Shown: positions 9,268 to 17,557 of the stretch, piece by piece
How the letters are laid out: every line of letters begins with the position of its first letter
Position numbering within the stretch: the first letter of the stretch is position 1
DNA from: Deinococcales bacterium
GTDB taxonomy: Bacteria; Deinococcota; Deinococci; Deinococcales; JAAFIG01
Length of the DNA: 24,916 nt
Assembly: GCA_031414595.1 (NCBI GenBank)
Contig: JANNVX010000119.1
Location: forward strand, 1 to 24,916
Reading direction: 5' to 3'
Program-made: the position numbers and the translations under genes
The notes under the pieces: model-generated
Databases searched by the model: none
What the model saw: only the letters and a program-made list of their open reading frames with translations
What the model was told of the DNA's origin: nothing

Positions 9268-9792
9268 TTAGATGGTTAAACCGTACTTTTCGCGTAGCAA
9301 TTGCTGGTGGTACATCGCATGACCAACGATAATATAGGCACAGGCTCGAGGGGTCATGGTGTGACCACTGGCAACCCCGTGTTGTAACCACGCAGATTGG
9401 TTTAAGCTCGAGCATAAGCTAATGGCAGCCGCACGCACACCGCGCCACTCGAGCAGTAAATCGGCTAAGTTGCGGCTGGCAAAATCCACATTTTTTGACC
9501 ATCTGTCTTGGTCAAAACTGGGCAATGGGCTGGGGTCGCCTCTGGCAATATGTAGCCCCCGAAACGTAAAAACCCGTTCGGTGTCGGATAAATGCCCAAG
9601 TACCTCGAGAACATTCCATTTGTCTGGCGCATAGCGAAACTGGGCTTGTTCGGGGCTTAGGCTGGCGAGGGCTTGGTATAAAGGCTCGAATTGCGTCTCG
9701 AGTAAAGTGTTTATATCGCCGTCTGGCACAAGGTCTATGTATCTCGAGAAATACGGCAGGTGTTCGTTTGGGCTTGGGCGTTGTGGGTTCAT
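9268..9792 (-). CDS. DinB/DinB_2-family protein
   Basis: RYAPDKWNVLEVLGHLSDTERVF, LPSFDQD, GHAMYHQ His pattern. Confidence 0.88.
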   Translation of the reverse strand: MNPQRPSPNEHLPYFSRYIDLVPDGDINTLLETQFEPLYQALASLSPEQAQFRYAPDKWNVLEVLGHLSDTERVFTFRGLHIARGDPSPLPSFDQDRWSKNVDFASRNLADLLLEWRGVRAAAISLCSSLNQSAWLQHGVASGHTMTPRACAYIIVGHAMYHQQLLREKYGLTI

Positions 9793-9911
9793 GCTGCTTA
9801 GTTTAGCTGATTCTGTTTGGCTCGAGTAGCACCACCTGGTAGTAAAACACCCAGACCAATAGCGTTTTTCTTAGGTGTGCCGCTCGAGATGAGCTTAGGT
9901 AGCACTGAACT

Positions 9912-11429
9912 TTATCCAATCGCCCAATCTGAAATTTGTTTCTGCTCGAGGTCAAACAGCACACCAACTTTAACCACGGGTTTACTTAGACTATCGGCGT
10001 AACGACTCGAGTCTATTTGATTTAAGGCTTCTTGTGCCGTACCTGTAATCTTAAATTCAAAAATAATGCTGAACTCAAAAGTGGTGGTTAGCGTGTCCAT
10101 TCGCCCAAGACTGGTTTGAACTTGGCTTTGGGTTTGAAAGCCCGTACTAATCAGCATTAAGTGCATTAAACTATGCACATACGATTCTTTTTTCGGGAAA
10201 ATCTCGTATGGAATTCCCGCTAACACCCTGTTCGCAACTTCAAAAAATTTCACCCAATCCAAAACCAGCAGTGCATCTTGCAACTCGAGACTAAAACTGC
10301 CAATATAACTTTGGCTTTGGCTGTACTCGAGCAGTAGGCTCTTAGAAAATGCCTGACGCACTTCTTCGTTTGGGTATGACAGCAAATACCGTGTCCCAAG
10401 GGTGTTGCGGGTTTTGGCAATCATCGTTAAATAACCCGTTTGGAACATTAGGCTAACAGGTTCAAGATTCTCGACATTGGTGCTGCTGATGCTCATTTCA
10501 TCCAAAGCTATCGAATCAAAACGCATCGGGTCAAACTGAGCCTGGCGAATCATTTCGACCAGAAAAGTGGGTGTGCCTGTTTCGTACCAAAAAGACCTGA
10601 ATTCTTGATTCTCTAAAAAAAGCAAAAACGAGAAGGGGCAGAACATTTTATGCACCCCGTCCCATGAATAGCCGTTGTACCAAAAAGTAATCGCTTCCCA
10701 TAAAACTGGCATTGAAACACCTAGAACAACAGCTATCGGCTCGAGCCACGCTGTAAAATGCGTTTCGATTTCGTCGCGGCTGTACCCACAAACCTGAGCG
10801 TACTTTTGATTCAAGCTAATGTCTTGCAAATTGTTCAGGTCAGAGAACAAACTGAGCTTACCGATTTTAGAAACACCTGTTAAGAACACCAGATGGATAT
10901 GGGCATCGAGCGGTTTGAGGACACCATAAACACTTTTTAGAATCGCTTGATGTTCGCCACGTTTTTCTGGCTCGAGCAGATGGTCGGTGATTGGTTTGTC
11001 GTACTCGTCTATTAAAACCACAACTTTGGTATTTTTTGATAACTCGAGAATCAGTTCCCGAAAAGCATCTCTGGCATTTAAGCTCTGTAAGGTATAGCCG
11101 TACTCGAGCGCATTGATACGCAACCAATCCACAATTCCAGCGTCTAGCGGCTTAGAAGTAAAATTGATGTTGCTAAAATCAAGCCGAATCACTGGGCGCG
11201 GCGTAAAATCATGCCGTTGCTCGAGCCAGAGATTAGCAAATAAATCCTTGCGCCCCACAAAAACCGCTTTTAAGGTAGTCAGCAGCAATGACTTGCCGAA
11301 TCGTCTTGGACGCGCCAAAAAGTAACGCCCTCCAGCCAGTAATGGTTGTAAGAGCATGGTTTTATCCACGTAAATATAATTTTCTTCACGTAAATGCGTA
11401 AAATCTTGAATTCCAGTCGGGAGGCGCAT
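9912..11429 (-). CDS. AAA-ATPase-like protein with C-terminal PD-(D/E)XK nuclease (DUF1703-type)
   Basis: LPTGIQDF..YVDKT, RPRRFGKS Walker A, LIDEYDKP Walker B, WYNGY, GRMD..IFEFK..ALNQI. Start moved to ATG 11429; TACAAT -10 lies 6 nt upstream. Confidence 0.9.
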   Translation of the reverse strand: MRLPTGIQDFTHLREENYIYVDKTMLLQPLLAGGRYFLARPRRFGKSLLLTTLKAVFVGRKDLFANLWLEQRHDFTPRPVIRLDFSNINFTSKPLDAGIVDWLRINALEYGYTLQSLNARDAFRELILELSKNTKVVVLIDEYDKPITDHLLEPEKRGEHQAILKSVYGVLKPLDAHIHLVFLTGVSKIGKLSLFSDLNNLQDISLNQKYAQVCGYSRDEIETHFTAWLEPIAVVLGVSMPVLWEAITFWYNGYSWDGVHKMFCPFSFLLFLENQEFRSFWYETGTPTFLVEMIRQAQFDPMRFDSIALDEMSISSTNVENLEPVSLMFQTGYLTMIAKTRNTLGTRYLLSYPNEEVRQAFSKSLLLEYSQSQSYIGSFSLELQDALLVLDWVKFFEVANRVLAGIPYEIFPKKESYVHSLMHLMLISTGFQTQSQVQTSLGRMDTLTTTFEFSIIFEFKITGTAQEALNQIDSSRYADSLSKPVVKVGVLFDLEQKQISDWAIG

Positions 11430-11466
11430 AGGAGCATTGTACTCGAGTAAGTGCGTGGCTGCTACA

Positions 11467-13182
11467 TTAAAAATTTTCAACTTCGTTTCGCAGCCGTGCT
11501 GCCCTAGTTTGTAACTGCTCGAGATTGGCTTGGGTTTGGGCATAACGTTCGGTTTCGGCACGAATAAACCTTGTAAATGGGGCTATCGCGTCGCGTAATC
11601 TGCCTTGGGCGCGTTCCCCTTCTAAGCTATGTTCACGCAGCAGCACTTCGGCGAGCCGTTCACGGGTTTCACGAATGCGGGTCTCGAGTTCGGCTTTGGC
11701 TTGGGCGCGTTTGCGCGGCAGAATCAAAAAACCCAGTCCAGCCACGGCAATACCCAGCAGAATCCCCGTAAAATCTGCCAGTAATGTCCCGAACACCCCA
11801 GCCAGCAATGCGCCCAGTCCGATTCCACTAACACTGGTTAGTCCACCACGCACCACCGCACTCGAGGCATCGGTGGCGAGTTGGCGGGCAAATTCTCCGC
11901 CTTCAAAACGGGCAATTTCGGCATTGGCGGCTTGCCCTAAGCGCTCGAGTAAACCTTGACGGTCATAATCAAATTGTGCGCCGCGTACCAGTGCGGCACG
12001 GGTTTCATCGGCTTGTCCTCGGGTGCTTAGAATTTGCACCGTGTCGTTCCAGAATTTGACGTTGCGTTCTAAGAAGCGGTCTATGATGTCGGACACACGG
12101 CGCTCAAGTTGTTGCGGCGCATCGGCAACCACTTCGCGTTCAAAACGCCCACGGATTTTATCGGCGTTCAGTAATTCTAGGGTTTTAGAGACCCGCAAAG
12201 TATCGTCTATAAAAATCTCACCGCGTTTTTGTACCCCGTCTAGCACGTTATAGACATTATTTAACTGCGCCTCGAGTTGGGTTTTTAAGTCGTTTTGATG
12301 ATGCAAAAATTCTTGTTCGATGTCGTTTAAGAGCTTACTATCGGCGGTTAGCAATTCTTGACTGGCTTTAACCCGTGCTACAGCCCGGGTTAAAAGTTCG
12401 CTCGAGACCCCAAGCGGCGAAAGCAACTTCAGGCGTACCCGATTTTGTTCGCCCAAGACCTCACGCAAGTGCTGCTCGAGGGCAAGAAAACCCGTGTCGT
12501 TGTGTTCGCGTTTTTGTCGTCTTGCCGAGACCATAAAAATTGGCGGGGTTTCGCCAAGCGTGGCAAGGGCATTGGATTTTACAAAGTCATAGACTGTGGT
12601 TTTATCGGTGTCCGACTCGAGTAAATCTATTTTGTTAATCACCATCACGACTTTGCGCGACCAGGCTCTGGCAAGGCTTAAAAATTGGCGTTCGGATTCA
12701 GAAAATGGGCGGTCTGCACTGGTTAAAAACAGCAGCAAGTCAGCCCTTGGCAAAAACCCTTCGGTGATAATTTGGTGCTGCCGAATAACGGCGTTTGTAC
12801 CGGGTGTATCTACCAAGGCTACGCCTTCTAAAAAACCAAAAGGTAGTTCTCGGCGTATCACAAACGCATCTTGGAGCGGTTCGTAGGGCGTGATTGTATC
12901 TTGTGTACCATGCACTAAAATCTGAACTTTATCGGTGGTCGGTGTGACTCCCTCGAGCAGCGCATCACCACCCAGTAAAGCGTTCAAGAGTGAAGATTTG
13001 CCAGAATTAAATTCGCCCGCCACGACCAATAAAAAACTCTGCTCGAGACCAGTGGCGGCGGCTCTAGCATCGCGCAATTCGCTTTCTGGGGCAAGGCTGG
13101 CAGTCAGGGCTTCGCGTAAATCACCCAGAAAAGCACGATGTAAGGTTAGGCGCTCGAGAACACGAGGGTCGAGGAGATTCAT
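11467..13182 (-). CDS. Bacterial dynamin-like GTPase (BDLP/FZL-like) with C-terminal membrane hairpin
   Basis: GEFNSGKS (G1), TPTT (G2), DTPG (G3), NKID (G4), helical stalk, hydrophobic GIGLGALL...GLGFLILP segment. Confidence 0.9.
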   Translation of the reverse strand: MNLLDPRVLERLTLHRAFLGDLREALTASLAPESELRDARAAATGLEQSFLLVVAGEFNSGKSSLLNALLGGDALLEGVTPTTDKVQILVHGTQDTITPYEPLQDAFVIRRELPFGFLEGVALVDTPGTNAVIRQHQIITEGFLPRADLLLFLTSADRPFSESERQFLSLARAWSRKVVMVINKIDLLESDTDKTTVYDFVKSNALATLGETPPIFMVSARRQKREHNDTGFLALEQHLREVLGEQNRVRLKLLSPLGVSSELLTRAVARVKASQELLTADSKLLNDIEQEFLHHQNDLKTQLEAQLNNVYNVLDGVQKRGEIFIDDTLRVSKTLELLNADKIRGRFEREVVADAPQQLERRVSDIIDRFLERNVKFWNDTVQILSTRGQADETRAALVRGAQFDYDRQGLLERLGQAANAEIARFEGGEFARQLATDASSAVVRGGLTSVSGIGLGALLAGVFGTLLADFTGILLGIAVAGLGFLILPRKRAQAKAELETRIRETRERLAEVLLREHSLEGERAQGRLRDAIAPFTRFIRAETERYAQTQANLEQLQTRAARLRNEVENF

Positions 13183-13439
13183 AATTTAAGGCTATCACTT
13201 TGCTGCCCTCGAGTGGGATGGCTTACTATTTTAAGACTTTTGCTGTCAATCGCAACTTTATGCACTTTGTTTTTGAAGTTTTTAGTACAGACAGCGCTTA
13301 CGATTGTATTTAATAGTTCAAGTTTTTTAAGTACCCTGTGAGAAACAATAAAATCGTGGGCTGGACTGGTTTTTGATTGTCATGCCGAGCTTGGTTCTTG
13401 AGGCAAGCAATTGCGTAAGCTCGCATCCGAGGTAAATAT

Positions 13440-13937
13440 ATGAAAAAATTCTTTGCACTTGGATTAACCGCCGCCATGCTCTCAACCGTTGTTGCCCAAA
13501 CTGCTCCCGGAACAATCGTGGACGTAGCGGCTGGTAATAGCGCCTTTGCCACTTTGGTGGCTGCCGTCAAAGCTGGCGATTTGGTCGGAACACTTTCGGG
13601 TCCCGGTCCGTTCACCGTTTTTGCCCCAACCAACGAAGCCTTTGCTAAACTCCCAGCAGGCACAGTGGCAACCCTCTTAAAACCAGAAAACAAAGCCACC
13701 TTGGTCAAAGTCCTGACCTACCACGTCGTTTCGGGTAAAGTCATGGCAGCCGATGTTGTCGGTATGAACCGCAAAAAAGTTAAGACCGTACAAGGCGGCG
13801 AACTGACCATTTATGTGCTGAATGGTGGCGTTTCCTTGCTTGACGAATCTAAGCGCCTAACCCGTGTTGTGGCTACCGATGTTGGCGCAAGCAACGGCGT
13901 GGTTCATGTTATCAATAACGTTCTCTTGCCAAAATAA
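13440..13937 (+). CDS. Secreted fasciclin (FAS1) domain protein
   Basis: Signal peptide, [37 protein letters not shown]. Confidence 0.95.
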   Translation: MKKFFALGLTAAMLSTVVAQTAPGTIVDVAAGNSAFATLVAAVKAGDLVGTLSGPGPFTVFAPTNEAFAKLPAGTVATLLKPENKATLVKVLTYHVVSGKVMAADVVGMNRKKVKTVQGGELTIYVLNGGVSLLDESKRLTRVVATDVGASNGVVHVINNVLLPK

Positions 13938-13951
13938 TTTTACTGCTCTTG

Positions 13952-13983
13952 AATATCCCCAGTCTTTTAGGGGATATTTTTTT
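13952..13983 (+). terminator. Intrinsic terminator after the fasciclin gene
   Basis: AATATCCCC-agtctttta-GGGGATATT followed by a T run. Confidence 0.8.
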
Positions 13984-15423
13984 ATGCTGATTCACCTCGA
14001 GAAGGCTGGCGTAGAACTTAATCATCAAGTCTTACTCGAGAAGATTAACTTAGAAATTCGCCAAGGTGATGTACTGCATTTAATCGGCGCAAACGGTTCA
14101 GGTAAAAGTACCCTCTTAAAACTCTTATCAGGCGATTTTTGGCACTCGAGCGGCACACGAAGCTACTACTTTACGCATCCGCCACGCAGCAGTCCAATTG
14201 GCGCTAAACAACATATCGCCTTGGTCAGTCCAGAGCTTCAAGAACGGTATCAGCGCCTGAATCATGACCGTAACGCCTTAGAGGTTTTACAGACGGGTTT
14301 TATGCAAAGCGATTTTTTATATACTCCACTCGAGCCAGCCCAACAAAAGGCGGTGCTTGAGGCTGCCGAGCGATTCAAAATTACAGCCTTTCTCGAGCAG
14401 CTCTTTAACCAACTTTCCAAGGGTCAAATGCGTCAAGTGCTGCTGACCCGCGCCTTGTTGCTCGAGCCAAAAGTATTGCTGCTGGATGAGTTTTTTAGTG
14501 GTGTGGATACGAGTTCTCGAGCCAGACTGCGTGGAGTTGTCAAAAATTACCTTGAACATGGTGGAACACTGGTTTACACCACCCACCGCCAAGAAGAACC
14601 TTTTGCGGCATCCGAAAAAACCTTACTGCTCGAGAACAAAACCATTTGTTGGTACAGCCCCAACAAAAAAATTCAATCAATTCCAGTCAAACAAGCTCGA
14701 GTTAAAGCACAAACCGAAATTTTAGTCCAAATCAAAAATGCCAATCTGTACCTTGGTGAACCCAAAGACGATGCCACCGCCCCAGACGGACACGCCATCA
14801 GCCAAAAAAAACTGATTCTCGAGCAAATCAATTTTACTTTGTACCGCCACCAACACTGGCTGATTACTGGACACAACGGCGCAGGAAAAAGTACCTTTGC
14901 TCGGCTTTTACGCGGCGACATCCCAGCCGCACACGGCAGTCAAATAACTTGGTTCGGTTCAGAAAAAACCCCAATTTGGCAACGCCAAGCCAGAATTGCC
15001 CTTGTCTCGAGCGACATGCAGGCATGGCACAGGGTAGACGCTAGTGGGTACGAGATTGTTGCCAGTGGATTTTCTGGCGGTATTGGCTGGCATAGACCAC
15101 TCGAAGCTCACCAAACGTCTCGAATCGAAAAGCTGTTTGCACAACTCAAGATTGAATACTTAGCGAGTCGCAACGCCCTGCACACCTCCCAAGGTGAATT
15201 ACGAAAATTACTTCTAGCAAGGGCTTTGGTCACAAACCCAGAAATTATTATTTTAGATGAAGCCTTTGACTACCTAGACCCACCCTCGAGAGACCTGATT
15301 TGGACGGTTCTAAGCCAGCAAAACGCGACGCTGCTGATTATTGCACATCGCAAAGACGACAAGCCGCCATTTGCTACACTGCACTTGGAACTCGAGAAAG
15401 GAAGAGCAAGGGTGAAAAAATAA
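13984..15423 (+). CDS. ABC ATP-binding protein with duplicated NBDs (ModF-like)
   Basis: Walker A GANGSGKST and GHNGAGKST, signatures LSKGQ/TSQGE, Walker B LLLDE/IILDE; no TM. Start moved to ATG 13984. Confidence 0.85.
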   Translation: MLIHLEKAGVELNHQVLLEKINLEIRQGDVLHLIGANGSGKSTLLKLLSGDFWHSSGTRSYYFTHPPRSSPIGAKQHIALVSPELQERYQRLNHDRNALEVLQTGFMQSDFLYTPLEPAQQKAVLEAAERFKITAFLEQLFNQLSKGQMRQVLLTRALLLEPKVLLLDEFFSGVDTSSRARLRGVVKNYLEHGGTLVYTTHRQEEPFAASEKTLLLENKTICWYSPNKKIQSIPVKQARVKAQTEILVQIKNANLYLGEPKDDATAPDGHAISQKKLILEQINFTLYRHQHWLITGHNGAGKSTFARLLRGDIPAAHGSQITWFGSEKTPIWQRQARIALVSSDMQAWHRVDASGYEIVASGFSGGIGWHRPLEAHQTSRIEKLFAQLKIEYLASRNALHTSQGELRKLLLARALVTNPEIIILDEAFDYLDPPSRDLIWTVLSQQNATLLIIAHRKDDKPPFATLHLELEKGRARVKK

Positions 15424-15436
15424 AAACCTTAACCCT

Positions 15437-16330
15437 TTAACCCTGCCCGTATTCCCTCGCCGCCAGCGCAGCCCCAATCACACCAGCATCGCTGCCAAGA
15501 ACAGCTTTGTAAATAACAGGAACAGCAAATCCTTTGGCTTCGGCTTCGGCTACAGCTCGGATTTTATTTAAGAAGAAATCGCCGACCTCCGAAACGCCGC
15601 CACCCAGCACAAAAACTTCTGGGTCGAGATTTTTTTGTAGGTCGGCAATGGCGCAACCAATGTAGCGAGCCGCTTGGTCTACAATTTTGACGGCTCGAAA
15701 TTCGCCATTTTGTGCCATCACAAAAAGTTCTTTGGTATCCACGGCTCGAGCAAAGGCATAAGTGGCATCGCGAGACAGGGCAGTACCACTGGCAACCGCT
15801 TCTAATGCCCCAGACACGCCACTGCCAGCAATCACCCCGCCGGGCAAGGAAATAATATGTCCGATTTCACCAGCGATTCCATTTGCACCGCGCCAAATAC
15901 GGTTATTAAGGATAATTCCGCCGCCAATCCCGGTCGAAATGGTGATGAAATAACTTGAACTTGCGCCGCGTCCAGCCCCGTAGGTGTGTTCGGCAAGTCC
16001 GGCGGCATTGGCATCGTTCTCGAGTTCGATGTGTAAACCCAAGCCAGCTTGTAAGGCAGCCACCACAGGCGCATTGACGATGCCGTTAATGTTTGGAGCA
16101 AATTTAATTTCACCTTTTTTGAAATCGAGTGGTCCGGGTACGCCAACCCCAACTCGAGTGGCAGGAGCGGTTTTTAGAACTTCTTTAGCCGCTTCAATCA
16201 TCGCGGCAAAAACACTGTCCGCACCATCTTTTGGGGTTGGGATAACCACTTTAGCAATAATTTTACCGTCTTGTACGGCTGCGGCTGCGATTTTTGTACC
16301 ACCAAGATCAATTCCAATGAGCGTTTCCAT
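15437..16330 (-). CDS. glk: ROK-family sugar kinase (glucokinase-like)
   Basis: IGIDLGGTK, GVPGP, ENDANAAGLAE, STGIGGG, GEIGH; no N-terminal HTH. Confidence 0.85.
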   Translation of the reverse strand: METLIGIDLGGTKIAAAAVQDGKIIAKVVIPTPKDGADSVFAAMIEAAKEVLKTAPATRVGVGVPGPLDFKKGEIKFAPNINGIVNAPVVAALQAGLGLHIELENDANAAGLAEHTYGAGRGASSSYFITISTGIGGGIILNNRIWRGANGIAGEIGHIISLPGGVIAGSGVSGALEAVASGTALSRDATYAFARAVDTKELFVMAQNGEFRAVKIVDQAARYIGCAIADLQKNLDPEVFVLGGGVSEVGDFFLNKIRAVAEAEAKGFAVPVIYKAVLGSDAGVIGAALAAREYGQG

Positions 16331-16381
16331 CTGTCCAGACTACCATGTGATTACTCGAGAGCCGTCCGTGGGTGATTAGAC

Positions 16382-16418
16382 AAAAAAGCGGACATCGAGC
16401 GGGAGGTCTCGATGTCCG
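16382..16418 (-). terminator. Intrinsic terminator downstream of fba
   Basis: Minus strand CGGACATCGAG-ACCTCCCG-CTCGATGTCCG-C-TTTTTT: 11-bp stem plus U6. Confidence 0.9.
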
Positions 16419-16424
16419 TTACAA

Positions 16425-16455
16425 ATCATGGAGTCTGACGTGGTGTTAGAGTCAA
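16425..16455 (-). promoter_or_regulatory. MerR-type promoter/operator with 19-bp spacer
   Basis: Minus strand TTGACT (16455-16450), 19 nt, CATGAT (16430-16425); dyad ACTCTAAC-ACCAC-GTCAGACT starts inside the -35 and fills the spacer. Confidence 0.55.
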
Positions 16456-16510
16456 GAGGTTTTTGTGACATTCTGGACACACTTTTTTGACTCGAGTCTA
16501 CTGTCGTGTG

Positions 16511-17437
16511 TTATACGGCTTTTCCCGCACTGCCCAAAACCTGCATTCGGTGCGCCGCGATTTCTTTCATCACATCTTTGGCAGGTCCGAGGATTTTACG
16601 CGGGTCAAATTCGGCAGGGTTTTTCATCAGCACTTCACGCACCGCCGTGGTAAAGGCAAGGCGTAAATCGGTATCTATATTGACCTTGGCAATGCCAAAT
16701 TTGGTGCTTTGTTTGAGGTCGTCATCGTGAATTCCAGCCGCTTCGCCAATTTCGCCACCAGAAGCCTTAAACCTATCGGTTAGCCACTGTGGAACGCCAG
16801 AAGCCCCGTGCATCACAAGTGGAATCGGGGTTAGGGAAGCGATTTTTTCGATGCGGGCATGGTCAATAAACGGTCTGCCTTTGCCTTTGTACGCGCCGTG
16901 ACTTGTGCCGATGGCTATTGCAAGGTAATCCACACCTGTTAATTCAATAAACCGAGCCGCTTCTTCGGGGTCGGTTAAAAAGGCATCTTCGGCAGAGACA
17001 TCCACATGCTCTTCGATGCCACCCAAACGCCCAAGTTCGGCTTCGACCGTCACGCCATGGGCATGGGCATACTCGACCACTTCTTTGGTGATTCGCACAT
17101 TCTCATCGAACTGGTCATGCGAAGCATCAATCATCACACTGGTAAAGCCAGCCGCAATTGCACTTTTACAAATCTCTAAACTCGAGCCGTGGTCTTGATG
17201 AATGGCTACAGGTACGCTCACACGGCTTGCCATATCAGCAATCATGTGTGCCAGATTTTCTGTGCCAGCGTACTTTCTAGCGCCTTCGGAAATTTGTAGA
17301 ATTACGGGGCTGCGTAGTTTCTCGGCGGTTTCCAGAATGGCTTGGGTGAATTCCAAGTTGTTTGTGTTGAAAGCACCAACGCCGTACTGACCTGCGCGGG
17401 CTGCGCTTAAAATTGCTCCACCAGTGACTAAGGGCAT
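16511..17437 (-). CDS. fba: Class II fructose-1,6-bisphosphate aldolase
   Basis: GAFNTNN, HQDHG, SVMIDAS, VEAELG, GTSHGAYK, MHGASG, KVNIDTD, FDPRK; AGGAGG SD. Confidence 0.97.
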   Translation of the reverse strand: MPLVTGGAILSAARAGQYGVGAFNTNNLEFTQAILETAEKLRSPVILQISEGARKYAGTENLAHMIADMASRVSVPVAIHQDHGSSLEICKSAIAAGFTSVMIDASHDQFDENVRITKEVVEYAHAHGVTVEAELGRLGGIEEHVDVSAEDAFLTDPEEAARFIELTGVDYLAIAIGTSHGAYKGKGRPFIDHARIEKIASLTPIPLVMHGASGVPQWLTDRFKASGGEIGEAAGIHDDDLKQSTKFGIAKVNIDTDLRLAFTTAVREVLMKNPAEFDPRKILGPAKDVMKEIAAHRMQVLGSAGKAV

Positions 17438-17532
17438 AATAATCCTCCTAAGACCTCGGTTCTCGAGGTTTAGGGTATCGTAACCCAGTCTGCCTTCAAA
17501 GTGCTTGTACCAAGTCTAGTCTCATGGCTCTA

Positions 17533-17552
17533 ATTGAGAATAAATTATCATT
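17533..17552. promoter_or_regulatory. Fur/Zur-like operator overlapping the -10 of the metal-binding protein gene
   Basis: TGAGAAT-AA-ATTATCA resembles the TGATAAT-N-ATTATCA Fur-family box but has a 2-nt centre; overlaps TATCAT (17546-17551), 6 nt before ATG. Confidence 0.55.
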
Positions 17553-17557
17553 AAGTA

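Noticed and set aside
13250-13335. CarH/LitR-type operator upstream of fasciclin
   Set aside because: No convincing 11-bp direct-repeat series; the region is merely AT-rich.
5760-17437. mmsA/iolA, ROK kinase and aldolase as an inositol catabolic cluster
   Set aside because: They are far apart, no other iol genes are present, and the aldolase looks like the housekeeping Fba.
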